Part shown: positions 1 to 10,430 of the stretch, one piece after another
Position numbering within the stretch: the stretch's first letter is position 1
Layout: every line of letters begins with the position of its first letter
DNA from: Syntrophomonas sp.
GTDB taxonomy: Bacteria > Bacillota > Syntrophomonadia > Syntrophomonadales > Syntrophomonadaceae
NCBI GenBank assembly: GCA_035447945.1
Contig: DAOTHZ010000001.1
Span: forward strand, 1,362 to 65,361
Reading direction: 5' to 3'
DNA: 64,000 nt
Notes under the pieces: model-generated
Seen by the model: the letters and a program-made list of their open reading frames with translations, nothing else
Database searches by the model: none
Told to the model about the DNA's origin: nothing
Program-made: the position numbers and the translations under genes

Positions 1-120
1 CCCAAACGGCTGGGAGAGCCGGCAGAATTTGCCCGGCTGGTTTGCCATATGATTGAAAACGGTTATCTCAATGGGGAGACGATTCGTTTGGATGGCGGAA
101 TCCGGATGGGCATCAAGTAA
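1..120 (+). CDS. 3' end of a short-chain dehydrogenase/reductase (SDR) gene, truncated by the window edge
   Basis: Frame 1 reads [39 protein letters not shown]-stop, a typical classical-SDR C-terminus. A hairpin terminator follows. Confidence 0.6.
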   Translation, partial: PKRLGEPAEFARLVCHMIENGYLNGETIRLDGGIRMGIK

Positions 121-149
121 GAAAAGAAATTAAAACAACATGGACATGG

Positions 150-190
150 CCGGTCAGGGCGGATGAACCCTGACCGGTTATTCTTTTTCA
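150..190 (+). terminator. Rho-independent terminator after the SDR gene
   Basis: 10-bp perfect stem ccggtcaggg/ccctgaccgg (150-159/168-177), 8-nt loop, then ttattcttttt. Confidence 0.7.
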
Positions 191-214
191 GCAGAATGCA
201 ATCCGGGCTACGCA

Positions 215-1159
215 ATGCCGGTTGATCGTGTTAAAATACCTTTATATATAAATAAAAGTCAGTTGTCAACGGTTCTGAGTAAGGAGGCAATAAAAATTAA
301 CAAAATTAATCGCAATGATCTCTGTTGGTGCGGAAGTCAAAAGAAATACAAGAAATGCCATCTGGAAATGGACGAAAGGCTGGCCAGGCTGGAAGAGGAA
401 GGCCTGGAAGTCCCGGGCCGGGAGCTGATTAAAACAGAAAGCCAAATCGAAGGGATCAGAAGGGCATGTCAGCTAAGCAGAGAAATTCTGGATTATCTGG
501 AAGACAAGATTGTGCCGGGTCTTCGCACTGATACAATCGATCAATGGGTCTACGATTATACCATGGAGCACGGCGCCTACCCTGCTCCACTTAATTATCG
601 GGGCTACCCCTGCAGTGTCTGTACCTCGATCAACGAGGTCATCTGCCATGGGATTCCATCGGCACGTGAATTGCGGGATGGAGATATTGTAAATATTGAT
701 GTTACCAGTATTCTGGACGGCTATTACGGGGATACCAGCCGCATGTACCTGGTGGGTGATCCTTCGCCGCAAGCCCGCAAATTGGTCGAAGTTGCCCGTG
801 AATGTCTTTATCTGGGGATTGAACAGGTCAAGCCGTTCAACCGGATTGGTGATATTGCCTACGCTATTGAACAACATGCCAAGGCGCATGGTTTTTCCGT
901 TGTCCGGGATTATGGAGGGCATGGAGTCGGGCTGCAATTCCATGAAGAACCCTTTGTCCATCATTATGGTGCCAGAGAATCGGGCATGGTTTTGGTCCCC
1001 AACATGGTTTTTACCGTCGAACCAATGATTAATGCGGGCACGTACAAGTGCCGTACGCTGGAAGACGGGTGGACCACTTTAACCGCTGACGGGTCACTTT
1101 CAGCGCAATGGGAACACACTGTGCGCGTGACCGATGATGGAGTCGAAATATTAAGCTGA
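215..1159 (+). CDS. map: Type I methionine aminopeptidase with N-terminal SEC-C zinc-binding motif
   Basis: CWCGSQKKYKKCH SEC-C motif followed by a full MetAP-I core (metal ligands in DIVNIDV, GYYGDTSRM, GHGVG, FTVEPM, QWEHT). The true start is uncertain. The only good SD (AAGGAGG, 281-287) precedes an in-frame ATT at 296. Confidence 0.9.
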   Translation: MPVDRVKIPLYINKSQLSTVLSKEAIKINKINRNDLCWCGSQKKYKKCHLEMDERLARLEEEGLEVPGRELIKTESQIEGIRRACQLSREILDYLEDKIVPGLRTDTIDQWVYDYTMEHGAYPAPLNYRGYPCSVCTSINEVICHGIPSARELRDGDIVNIDVTSILDGYYGDTSRMYLVGDPSPQARKLVEVARECLYLGIEQVKPFNRIGDIAYAIEQHAKAHGFSVVRDYGGHGVGLQFHEEPFVHHYGARESGMVLVPNMVFTVEPMINAGTYKCRTLEDGWTTLTADGSLSAQWEHTVRVTDDGVEILS

Positions 1160-1198
1160 GCAATGTTTTTACTGTAAATATTTAGGGAGGATTAATCA

Positions 1199-2686
1199 AT
1201 GAAAGCGATAAAAAAAGTGATGGCGCTGGTGATAGCCATGGCCGTGTCTTGTTTGTTTTGCTTTGCTCCGCTGGCAGTGGCAGCCGGTTCCGCAAACGAT
1301 TCTTTGACTGGTGAGTACCTGCAGCAATTAATGAATTTGGCCCAAGAGCAATACAACTATGACATAACCGAATCAGAACTGACCCAGGGAGCCCTCAAGG
1401 GCATCTTCAGCAGTATGGATGACTATACCGAATTCTTTACCATCGAAGAAGCCCGACAGTTTATGGAAACAGTCGGCGGAACCTACAGCGGAGTTGGGGT
1501 CGTATTAAGCCAGACGGAAAGCTATGTGGTAGTAACCAGGGTGTTTTCCTTGTCGCCAGCGGAAAAGAGCGGGATCATGATCGGTGACAAGATTGCTACG
1601 ATCGACGGCAAAGATGTGCTCGGATCTTCGGTCGATGAGGTCAGCAGCCTCATTCGCGGAGAAGAAGATACCCAGGTATATGTCGGAATTCTGCGCGACA
1701 AGAGCCTGCACAACTATACACTGACGCGCAAATCGATTAAGATTAATCCGATTAATTACGAAATCCGTGACGGGATTGCCTATATATCGATTGACACATT
1801 TAATTCCAATACCTATGATTATTGGGCTGAAGCCCAAAACGCAGCTGATGAAGCCGGGGTTGACCGGATCATTCTTGATTTAAGAAACAATGTTGGCGGA
1901 GAAGTGGATCAGGCCATTGCGGTTGCCCGGCAACTGGTGCCGGCAGGAATCATCAGCACCCTGGAATTCAGGAATCCGGAGCTCCGTGATACGGTTTACA
2001 AATCCTACTTGGAAAAATCACCGTATAAACTGGTGGTGCTGGTCAACGGCATGACCGCAAGTGCTTCGGAAATACTGGCGGGTGCCATCCAAGATACCAA
2101 TACGGGAACCCTGGTGGGGACCAAAACCTTTGGCAAAGCCAGAGTACAGTCCGTCATGCCGGTGCTCAGCCCGGAAGGCTATGGAAAATATGGACAGAAA
2201 GCAGATGTGGTGAATGTCTATGACCTGAAGCTGGCGGAGCAGATGAAACTGGGCGATGAGGACGTTGTGGGACTGGTTAAAATAACTACAGGTACTTATT
2301 TAACAGCGGCCGGCCGGATGATCGACGGGGCAGGGCTCACCCCCGATGAAACGGTGGCAGATCCGGAAGTGAAAAACGGTATTTATGTCAACAGCATCGC
2401 CAAACTCAGTCAGACCGTCAAACCGGGTCTCAACGATGAAAATTTGGATGTTTACAATGCAGAAAAAATATTAAAGATCATCGGCTATGAGATTGACACG
2501 CCAGATATGACACTTGACAGCAAAACCTTTGCGGCCATTCAAAAATTCCAGGCAGACCAGGGCTTGTATGCATACGGAGTTTTGGATTATACTACCCAGC
2601 AAGCGCTTAACCGTCAGTATTATCAAGTACTGCCGCAAGTTGACCAGCAATATGGCCGGGCTTTGGAAATTCTGCAGGCGCGGTAA
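1199..2686 (+). CDS. S41 family C-terminal processing peptidase with PDZ domain and C-terminal peptidoglycan-binding domain
   Basis: Signal/anchor helix, PDZ region (SPAEKSGIMIGDKI), catalytic Ser (GMTASASEILAGA) and Lys (TFGKARVQ) motifs, and a C-terminal PG_binding-like repeat (FAAIQKFQADQGLYAYGVLD). SD AGGGAGG lies upstream. Confidence 0.85.
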   Translation: MKAIKKVMALVIAMAVSCLFCFAPLAVAAGSANDSLTGEYLQQLMNLAQEQYNYDITESELTQGALKGIFSSMDDYTEFFTIEEARQFMETVGGTYSGVGVVLSQTESYVVVTRVFSLSPAEKSGIMIGDKIATIDGKDVLGSSVDEVSSLIRGEEDTQVYVGILRDKSLHNYTLTRKSIKINPINYEIRDGIAYISIDTFNSNTYDYWAEAQNAADEAGVDRIILDLRNNVGGEVDQAIAVARQLVPAGIISTLEFRNPELRDTVYKSYLEKSPYKLVVLVNGMTASASEILAGAIQDTNTGTLVGTKTFGKARVQSVMPVLSPEGYGKYGQKADVVNVYDLKLAEQMKLGDEDVVGLVKITTGTYLTAAGRMIDGAGLTPDETVADPEVKNGIYVNSIAKLSQTVKPGLNDENLDVYNAEKILKIIGYEIDTPDMTLDSKTFAAIQKFQADQGLYAYGVLDYTTQQALNRQYYQVLPQVDQQYGRALEILQAR

Positions 2687-2762
2687 GATACAAAAATCAG
2701 TTGCTTTTGATAAAATAATAAAGGACCAAGAACGATCTGATTGAATAATGGAGGTTTGAACC

Positions 2763-3833
2763 GTGCATAAAAAATTGTTTATTCCCGGCCCGGTGGAAGT
2801 GAGTGCGGATGTTCTGGCAAAAATGGCTACGCCCATGATCGGCCACAGAAGTAAAAATGCCTCGGAATTACAACACCGTATCAGTGATAAATTAAGACAG
2901 GTATTTTATACCCAGGAAGAAATCCTGCTTTCGACTAGTTCCGGCAGTGGCCTGATGGAAGGCGCGGTGCGCTCCTGTACCTTAAAAAAAGCGGCTGTGT
3001 TCTCCATTGGTGCATTTGGCAACCGCTGGCACGAAATGGCGGTTGCCAATCAAGTGCCGGCCGATCTTTTTGAAGTGGAATGGGGCCAGGCGACAACACC
3101 CGACATGGTTGACCAGGCACTGGCGACGGGTCAATATGACGTGCTGACCATTACCCATAATGAGACTTCGACCGGTTTGATGAATCCGGTTGAAGCAATC
3201 GCTGCAGTCGTGAAAAAGTACCCCGAAATCGTCTTTTGTATGGATGCCGTAAGTTCCCTGGGAGGTACCAAAATCGAAGTCGACAAACTGGGCGTTGACA
3301 TTTGCATTACTTCCACCCAGAAGGCCTTGGGCCTGCCCCCCGGGTTGTCGATCTGTTCCTTTTCCGCCAAGGCGATTGACAGAGCCAGGCAGGTTCCTTA
3401 TCGCGGTTATTATTTGGACTTGCTTGCCTTGTATGAGTACATTCAGAAAAAAGACTATCAGTATCCTTCGACTCCGTCGCTTTCGCATATGTTTGCATTG
3501 GATTATCAACTGGACAAAATATTGGCGGAAGGTTTGGAAAACCGCTTCCGTCGCCACATCGAAATGGCGGAAATGACCCGTGCCTGGGCACGCCGGTATT
3601 TTGAACTGTTTGCCGACGAAAAGTATTTGTCCAATACCCTGACCAATATAAAAAACACTCGCGGCATAGATGTTGCCGATCTAAATAAAAAATTGGGCGA
3701 GCGCGGTTTTCAAATTTCCAACGGTTACGGCAAATTAAAGGACAAGACCTTCCGCATTGCCCACATGGCTGAATGTACCAGGGAGGAACTGCAGGAACTG
3801 CTGGAGCAGATCAATGATATCCTGAAACTATAA
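2763..3833 (+). CDS. Class V aminotransferase (alanine-glyoxylate / serine-pyruvate / archaeal-type phosphoserine aminotransferase family)
   Basis: GTG start after GGAGG. PLP-lysine context (TSTQKALGLPPGL) and overall AGXT-family layout. Paired with a DUF1015 gene, as in many Clostridia. Confidence 0.8.
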   Translation: MHKKLFIPGPVEVSADVLAKMATPMIGHRSKNASELQHRISDKLRQVFYTQEEILLSTSSGSGLMEGAVRSCTLKKAAVFSIGAFGNRWHEMAVANQVPADLFEVEWGQATTPDMVDQALATGQYDVLTITHNETSTGLMNPVEAIAAVVKKYPEIVFCMDAVSSLGGTKIEVDKLGVDICITSTQKALGLPPGLSICSFSAKAIDRARQVPYRGYYLDLLALYEYIQKKDYQYPSTPSLSHMFALDYQLDKILAEGLENRFRRHIEMAEMTRAWARRYFELFADEKYLSNTLTNIKNTRGIDVADLNKKLGERGFQISNGYGKLKDKTFRIAHMAECTREELQELLEQINDILKL

Positions 3834-3853
3834 TAAAAACAGGAGGAAATACC

Positions 3854-5098
3854 ATGTCCACAATCAGACCATTTCAGGCAATTCGTCCCCCGGCAAGTCT
3901 GGCCGCGCGGGTTGCCGCTCTGCCCTATGACGTCATGAGCAGCGAAGAAGCCAGGCAGATGGTAACCGGCAATCCCTATTCGTTTCTGCATGTAGATAAA
4001 GCCGAGATCGATTTGCCGTCAGACGTCGATCTCTATGACGAGAGAGTCTATCAAAAAGCCCGCCAGAACCTGGATGGCATGATCGCAGAAGGGATTTTGC
4101 AGCAGGACGGACAGGCATGTTTTTATATTTACCGCCAGATTATGAATGGCCGCAGTCAAACCGGGATCGTGGCCTGCTGCTCAATGGATGAGTATCTGGA
4201 CAATAAGATTAAGAAACATGAATTTACACGGGCTGACAAGGAGCAGGACAGGATTAACCATGTGAATGTTTGCGATGCCAATACCGGACCGATCTTTTTA
4301 ACCTATCGGAATCGTACGGATATTAATTCGATCATTGCCCAATGGTGCACGCAAGCCCCAGTCTATGAATTTCAGTCGGAAGACGGCATCGGGCATGTCG
4401 TATGGGTGATTGATGACCTGCAGGTCATGGCGGACTTGCAGCATTGCTTCAGGCAGGTTGAGGAACTATATATCGCTGATGGACATCACCGCTGCGCATC
4501 CGGGGTACGAGTTGGTCAGATGAGACGCCAGCAGTACCCCAATTATACTGGAGAAGAAGAGTTTAATTATTTTCTGGCAGTTTTATTTCCGGATCAGGAA
4601 CTGCAGATCATGGACTATAATCGGGTGATCAAGGACTTGAACGGTTTGTCCCGGGCGGCATTTTTGGCTGCGGTTGAGGATAAATTCTCAATTACTGCCA
4701 CCGGCGCGAGCATCCCTTACAAGCCGCAGAGCAGACATCATTTTGGGATGTATCTCGATGAGCAATGGTATGAATTGACGGCCCGGGAAGGCACTATTGC
4801 GGAAGATGATCCGGTTGCCCGTTTGGATGTTTCCATCCTGCAAAACAATCTGCTGGGTCCGGTGCTGGGCATTGCCGATCCCCGTACCGACAGACGAATC
4901 GATTTTATTGGCGGGATTCGCGGTTTGGAGGAACTGGAAAAAAGGGTCAAGGAAGGCATGGCGGTGGCCTTTTCTCTCTATCCGGTCACCATTCTGGATT
5001 TGATGGATATTGCTGATGCCGGACAGGTGATGCCGCCCAAGTCGACCTGGTTCGAACCCAAACTGCGCAGCGGGTTGTTTATCCATAAATTGACTTAA
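3854..5098 (+). CDS. DUF1015 domain protein
   Basis: N-terminus MSTIRPFQAIRP... and the ADGHHR motif are characteristic of DUF1015. SD AGGAGG lies 8 nt upstream. Confidence 0.75.
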   Translation: MSTIRPFQAIRPPASLAARVAALPYDVMSSEEARQMVTGNPYSFLHVDKAEIDLPSDVDLYDERVYQKARQNLDGMIAEGILQQDGQACFYIYRQIMNGRSQTGIVACCSMDEYLDNKIKKHEFTRADKEQDRINHVNVCDANTGPIFLTYRNRTDINSIIAQWCTQAPVYEFQSEDGIGHVVWVIDDLQVMADLQHCFRQVEELYIADGHHRCASGVRVGQMRRQQYPNYTGEEEFNYFLAVLFPDQELQIMDYNRVIKDLNGLSRAAFLAAVEDKFSITATGASIPYKPQSRHHFGMYLDEQWYELTAREGTIAEDDPVARLDVSILQNNLLGPVLGIADPRTDRRIDFIGGIRGLEELEKRVKEGMAVAFSLYPVTILDLMDIADAGQVMPPKSTWFEPKLRSGLFIHKLT

Positions 5099-5110
5099 AC
5101 CGTGCAGATA

Positions 5111-5157
5111 AAAATAAAAAAAACCTGGACGGTCCAAGACCGCCCAGGTTTTTTTGT
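5111..5157. terminator. Bidirectional rho-independent terminator between convergent DUF1015 and lysA genes
   Basis: Stem cctgg(a)cgg / ccg(c)ccagg (5124-5132/5140-5148), flanked by an A-run on the left and a T-run on the right. Confidence 0.75.
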
Positions 5158-5166
5158 TTCCAGGGC

Positions 5167-6399
5167 TTATTTTTCCGGCCACAAATCTTGCAGGGTTTGG
5201 GCCGGGCGGATGAGTCGGACTGTACCGTCTGACTGGATCAGAACTTCCGCCGGAAGCGGCCGGGAATTATAGGTGCTGGCCATGGCAAAACCGTAAGCCC
5301 CGGCATCATGAACGATGAGAGCATCGCCTTCACGACAGACCGGCAGAGTTCGGTCATGGGCCAGGATATCACCGCTTTCACAGATTTGTCCCACCAGATA
5401 GACGGCTCCGTCATATTCTGCGTACGCCCGGGAATGGGCGGGCACGACGGAAATTTCATGGTAGCTGTCATACATGGTTGGACGGATTAACGTATTGAAT
5501 CCAATATCACAGCCAATAAAGTCGGTGTGATAATTATGTTTGACAGCTGTCACTGTGCCCAAGATCGCACCGCATTCCGCCACCACATAGCGCCCCGGTT
5601 CGATTCGGACGGTGATGGGGCGATTGTTTTTTACCCAGGTTTGGATAATCTCATCCAGTTCACGGCCCAGTTTTTCCAAGTCAAGCCTTGGTTCTGAGGT
5701 GTGCTGATAAGGAATGCCCATCCCGCCGCCGAAGTCCAGCATCTTCACTTGAGGCAGGGAAGATGCGATTGTCAGCAACTGGGCAGCCGCAGCTACATAT
5801 TCCTCCGTTTCCAGGAACAATGAACCGATATGCTGATTTAGCCCGGTGATCGTCAACTGGTAACGCTCAGCGATTTCCTGGGCTTGCTGCAGATCTTCAA
5901 TGGCGATGCCAAATTTGGCTTTTTTGCCGCCGGTGATGACTTTGTCATGATGACCGGCGCCGATGACAGGATTCAAGCGCAGACAAACCTCGCCGCCGGG
6001 ATTGACTTCGCCCAACAGGGCCAGCTGGGACAAAGAATCCACCGAAACGTAGATGCCGCGGTCAACCGCAAATTGCATTTCCTGCCGGGAGACATTGTTG
6101 CCGATAAACATAATCCGGTCTGGCGTAAAGCCGGCTTTCATTTCCAGGTACATTTCCCCGGGGGACATGGCGTCAACGTCAAGGTCTTCCTCACGAATGA
6201 TTTTCAGCAATTCCACATTGGTGTTGGCTTTGGCCGAATAGTTCACCCGGAAAGAAGGGTATCGCAATAGGTTCATTAATTCCCGGCATCTGTGTCGTAA
6301 AATCTCTTCGTCGTAGACATATAAAGGACTGCCGTATTCCTTGAGCAGATCAAACACATCTGCTTTGCCAAAAACTTTTTCCACATATGCCAAGATCAA
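5167..6399 (-). CDS. lysA: Diaminopimelate decarboxylase (PLP-dependent, alanine racemase-fold decarboxylase)
   Basis: YSAKAN PLP-lysine motif, GGGMGIPY, EPGRY and CESGD motifs. The ORF extends to 6426, but AGGAGG (6410-6405) favours the TTG at 6399. Confidence 0.85.
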   Translation of the reverse strand: MILAYVEKVFGKADVFDLLKEYGSPLYVYDEEILRHRCRELMNLLRYPSFRVNYSAKANTNVELLKIIREEDLDVDAMSPGEMYLEMKAGFTPDRIMFIGNNVSRQEMQFAVDRGIYVSVDSLSQLALLGEVNPGGEVCLRLNPVIGAGHHDKVITGGKKAKFGIAIEDLQQAQEIAERYQLTITGLNQHIGSLFLETEEYVAAAAQLLTIASSLPQVKMLDFGGGMGIPYQHTSEPRLDLEKLGRELDEIIQTWVKNNRPITVRIEPGRYVVAECGAILGTVTAVKHNYHTDFIGCDIGFNTLIRPTMYDSYHEISVVPAHSRAYAEYDGAVYLVGQICESGDILAHDRTLPVCREGDALIVHDAGAYGFAMASTYNSRPLPAEVLIQSDGTVRLIRPAQTLQDLWPEK

Positions 6400-6496
6400 A
6401 CACTCCTCCTTAAAAAAGGCCCCCAAAACAGCCTATAATTACTCTATTGTAAAGTTTGTTGGGGAAAATGACAAGACATGCAATATGTATACATAA

Positions 6497-7684
6497 TTAT
6501 GCAAGCTCAGAATGATTCTTTTGGCGGATTGGGATAAAAGTCGCCAGCCACAAATTGACCACCGCCAAGCAGGCGGCTACCAGAAATACCGAGATATAGC
6601 CATACCTGGCCCAGAGAATGCCGCCGCCCAAAGGAATTAACATAGAGACGGCATGGTCCATGCTGAGCCCCATGGAAAGGGTAGCGCCGAGGTCATCAGG
6701 GGTTTCGACGATTTTATGGAGATAGGTGGTGCGGGCAATACGGACGGAAAAGAGCAGCTGGTCGGTAATATAGCAGGCCATGATGATGATGACTGCGATT
6801 CGAGCCGGAAACCACATTTCCGCAAATGCATAAAGCCCACAAATGATGATCAACGTAAGTGATTCCAACATGATGATGGTCCTCTCTCCCCAGGCATCAA
6901 TCACCCTGCCCAACCAGGGGCGGAAAACCAGGTTTAAAACCGTGCCAATAAAGCCCAGCACGGCAAAGGTTGCTACATCCGCCTGATAAACCTTGATCAG
7001 AACCCAAGGGGCGAAGGTCATAAAGATTTGTTTGCGCGCGCCGAAGACAATATTCAGCAGATAAAAGAGGGTGTATCTTTTTTTAATGACCAAATGGCGG
7101 GAGGGTTTACGGATTGGCTGCGGTTTAATAAGAAAAAGACCGATGCTGGCAATTAAAGCACAGGTACCGGATATGGCAAAGATAGTCGCGAAGGAAAAAT
7201 GAAAACGAGATGCCCCCCAATACACGATGACAATTCCCAACAAAGTTCCCAGGGACTCCAGCGAACCCAACTGTCCCAACCGACGACCTTCTTCTCCGCT
7301 GGTTGACAAGCGCAGGCCGATGGCAGGGGAGACGCTCATAAAAAGATGAGCACCGGTGCTCCAGATCAGCATCCAGACAACAACCGCCGCCATGTTGGGG
7401 GCGAGAAACCCTTGTCCCCACAAGGCCAGACTGACCAGCAAAGCGGAAAAGGCTGCGATTCTGGTGTCGGCCAGGAAAACCAAGGCCGTAAACAAAAAGA
7501 CCACCAGAAATCCCGGCAGTTCACGGGGAAATTCCAGTCCTCCCCGGGCGACTTCGCTGACATTGTGCACATGAGCCAGATAGTTGTTGAAGGAAGGATC
7601 ATATAAGCCTGCATACATTCCCATCATCAAAGAGGATAGTCCAAACAGCAGGAGAGGGGTGAACGATTTTTTTAAAGTGGTCAT
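6497..7684 (-). CDS. MFS-type transporter
   Basis: About 12 predicted hydrophobic helices and about 395 aa. The ATG at 7684 has a GAGG upstream; the ORF track starts at the TTG at 7699. Confidence 0.6.
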   Translation of the reverse strand: MTTLKKSFTPLLLFGLSSLMMGMYAGLYDPSFNNYLAHVHNVSEVARGGLEFPRELPGFLVVFLFTALVFLADTRIAAFSALLVSLALWGQGFLAPNMAAVVVWMLIWSTGAHLFMSVSPAIGLRLSTSGEEGRRLGQLGSLESLGTLLGIVIVYWGASRFHFSFATIFAISGTCALIASIGLFLIKPQPIRKPSRHLVIKKRYTLFYLLNIVFGARKQIFMTFAPWVLIKVYQADVATFAVLGFIGTVLNLVFRPWLGRVIDAWGERTIIMLESLTLIIICGLYAFAEMWFPARIAVIIIMACYITDQLLFSVRIARTTYLHKIVETPDDLGATLSMGLSMDHAVSMLIPLGGGILWARYGYISVFLVAACLAVVNLWLATFIPIRQKNHSELA

Positions 7685-7858
7685 AAACGTAAACCTCAAT
7701 GAATTATTATTATCTTGTTTATTCTAAACTTGTTGAACAGAGATGGAAAGAGGTTTTATCCATTGGCAATCGTTGTAAAGGAGAACAGGTATTGACTAAT
7801 GGGAGCATGGAGGGGTTCAGTGCAAATGCTTGCCAATGTTTGAAAAGGCAAGGCAAAA

Positions 7859-10429
7859 TCAACTGATGCTTTTGATCTCCGCCTGTTTGGCAACTTTTAT
7901 CGTGCCATCCTGCACCAGTTTAATAAATAGATTGGCCATGGCCGGGTCAAACTGGGTGCCCAGATTATTCTTGATTTCGGCCAGCGCGCTGTTGATTGTC
8001 AGACCTGCCCGATACGGGCGATTGGAGGTTAACGCGTCAAAGGCATCAGCAATGGCCAGACATCTGGCGGAAAAAGGAATATTCTCTCCTTTCAGCCCGC
8101 GCGGATATCCTTTGCCGTCCCATCTTTCGTGATGCCCGATAACCGCTGGGATGACATGGTTCAGCGTCGGCAGATGTTTGATGATGGTGATGGACATTTC
8201 TACATGCTTTTTGATAATCTCGAATTCTTCCTCGGTAAGCCTGCCAGCTTTGGTAAGGATGTTTTCGGGTATGCCCAGCTTGCCGATATCATGCAGCAAT
8301 GCCGCTTCCTGCAACACTTCAATGTGCGCTTTGTCCAGCGACATTTCGTTGGCGAGAATGGTAACATAGTTTGCTACTCGCTGTGAATGACCAAAGGTAT
8401 AATGATCCTTGGCATCAATCGCTGCTGCAAGAGCATAGATGGTGGAAGTATAGTTGGGCTGGAATAAATCCTCTGTATCACAGGAGGAAACGTTTTGCTT
8501 GGTAATGATGCGCGGTGTATAGATAACCGTTTGGTTTTTCCCCTGGTTTTTGGCAGTATACATAGCCAGATCAGCACGTTTCAAGAGCTCTTCGGTATTT
8601 GGTGCGGCTTGGGGATAGGTACAGATGCCGATACTGGCAGTTAGGAAACGCTGGGTTACATCATTCACATTGAAAAAGCTGGCTTCGATTTCGGTACGGA
8701 TTTTTTCCGCCAGTTCATACGCTTTTCTAGCGTCATGATACGGTAGAATGACGGTAAATTCTTCGCCCCCGTAGCGGCAGATGGTTCCTTTGTCGCCGAT
8801 GATTCGCTTCAGAATGTTTGCTACCATTTCCAATGCGCGATCACCTTCGAAATGACCGTAAAGATCGTTGTACAGTTTAAACAAATCCAAATCGATCATC
8901 AACAAGGAAACTTCTGATGCACCGATCTTGTCAACGCTTTCAGGCAGTGCCTGGCAAAAATATCTGTGATTGTATAGTTTGGTCAGACTGTCGGTAATGG
9001 CATCGGATTGGGAGCGTGAATACAAACGAGCATTTTCAAAGGCGACCGCGGATGACGCACCCAGGTAAGTGAGCAAGTCCAGATCATCCAACGTATAGGC
9101 GACATTGTTTTTCCGGTTGGTCAGCATTAGCAAGGCAATAATATTGTCCCTGACTTTGATCGGGATGATGAGTTCGATCCCGGTGTTGTGCAGTTTGCTT
9201 TTTTCTTGTTCCCACATGGATTTAAAAAAAGGCTGGTAATACAATTGATCTCTGTTAAGACCGGAGTTATTTTTGTTCATCCATTTTATAACGGGATTAT
9301 CGAAGGAGATTTCCAGATCCGGCTGGAATAGTTGGGATGAAGTCGCAAACACTCGATAGGTTTTATGTTCATCATTTTTTTGCAGGAGCAAAACATGCGA
9401 AGCATTCAAAGCCAGTTGTACAGCTTCAATCAATTCTCTGGCGATGCTGTTTAAATCCAAATTATTGGAAATGCGGTTGCTGAATTGTCTCAAAGCCTGC
9501 CGTTGGGTATATTCAGCTTTATAAAACAATTTGTCGACCAGTCGGGATGACAACCGGTACAGGGGTTGCAGAGTAATGGCAACAGCCAACGCGACCAGCG
9601 TGGTAAAATAGGGAATGATTTTTTCGTAGCGGGTCAGCATATGGTTTTCGATGAAAAATACGATAAAAATATAAGCGATCGTAAGTGAAACAACAAAAGC
9701 TGAATATACCAATCCTCGGGTGATCATGAAACGCAGTTCCACCATACGATATTTGTAAATGGCAATCATAAGCATAAAAGCGTTGATAAAACAAGCCAGA
9801 AGATCAATCGGAAACTGCCCCAGGACAGGAATTAAGTTACATACGTTGCCTATAAACATGATAGCGATACCGTTGTTGATTAACCGGACGCTACCGGCAG
9901 AAGGAGAATTTTTTATGTGACTTACGCTGCGCTTGGCTTTCAAAAGAGTTGAGACAATCATTGCCAATGCAAATATATAGATAAACGGCGCCAAGGTGCC
10001 AATCGAATAAGTGAATTTTCTGACTTCAAATTCCCGACCCCATAACATAACGGTATTAGTTATGACTCCGGCATCAGCAACGATATACCCTTTTAGGTTA
10101 ATAATGATAAAGGCAAACGTCCCTATTCCCCAGAATATGGTCGGTAGTATACGCAACGAATTGGTGAAAACTGAGACAAAGTAATAAAGCAGATAGGTTA
10201 CCATGACAGCACCAATAATCATAACTCTATCCCAGAAAAGCACACCGGGATAGAGTTTGATGGACATGAATACGGCTGAAACAGTCCATAAGATCATTGC
10301 TCCCAATACAGGTATAAATGCACGGATCAAACGATCCTTCTGGGCGATGCAGAAGAAGAACATCAACAAGCAGTAGCTGCAAAGTGCTACAAGCGGTATA
10401 TATGTAAAAAACAATTCAACAAATGTCAT
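7859..10429 (-). CDS. Polytopic membrane sensor with GAF, GGDEF (diguanylate cyclase) and HD-GYP (c-di-GMP phosphodiesterase) domains
   Basis: About 330 aa of TM helices. GAF-like segment. Intact RYGGEEF active-site motif. C-terminal HD...HHERWDGKGYPRGL HD-GYP signature. The ATG lies 1 nt after the stop of the upstream gene. Confidence 0.85.
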   Translation of the reverse strand: MTFVELFFTYIPLVALCSYCLLMFFFCIAQKDRLIRAFIPVLGAMILWTVSAVFMSIKLYPGVLFWDRVMIIGAVMVTYLLYYFVSVFTNSLRILPTIFWGIGTFAFIIINLKGYIVADAGVITNTVMLWGREFEVRKFTYSIGTLAPFIYIFALAMIVSTLLKAKRSVSHIKNSPSAGSVRLINNGIAIMFIGNVCNLIPVLGQFPIDLLACFINAFMLMIAIYKYRMVELRFMITRGLVYSAFVVSLTIAYIFIVFFIENHMLTRYEKIIPYFTTLVALAVAITLQPLYRLSSRLVDKLFYKAEYTQRQALRQFSNRISNNLDLNSIARELIEAVQLALNASHVLLLQKNDEHKTYRVFATSSQLFQPDLEISFDNPVIKWMNKNNSGLNRDQLYYQPFFKSMWEQEKSKLHNTGIELIIPIKVRDNIIALLMLTNRKNNVAYTLDDLDLLTYLGASSAVAFENARLYSRSQSDAITDSLTKLYNHRYFCQALPESVDKIGASEVSLLMIDLDLFKLYNDLYGHFEGDRALEMVANILKRIIGDKGTICRYGGEEFTVILPYHDARKAYELAEKIRTEIEASFFNVNDVTQRFLTASIGICTYPQAAPNTEELLKRADLAMYTAKNQGKNQTVIYTPRIITKQNVSSCDTEDLFQPNYTSTIYALAAAIDAKDHYTFGHSQRVANYVTILANEMSLDKAHIEVLQEAALLHDIGKLGIPENILTKAGRLTEEEFEIIKKHVEMSITIIKHLPTLNHVIPAVIGHHERWDGKGYPRGLKGENIPFSARCLAIADAFDALTSNRPYRAGLTINSALAEIKNNLGTQFDPAMANLFIKLVQDGTIKVAKQAEIKSIS

Positions 10430-10430
10430 T

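Noticed and set aside
6427-6496. Lysine (L-box) riboswitch upstream of lysA, and likewise upstream of dapA at 29126-29289
   Set aside because: The spacers (70 nt, and 164 nt shared with a divergent LysR promoter) are too short for an L-box of about 180 nt, and no conserved L-box helices are seen. dapA appears instead to have a LysR-type box.
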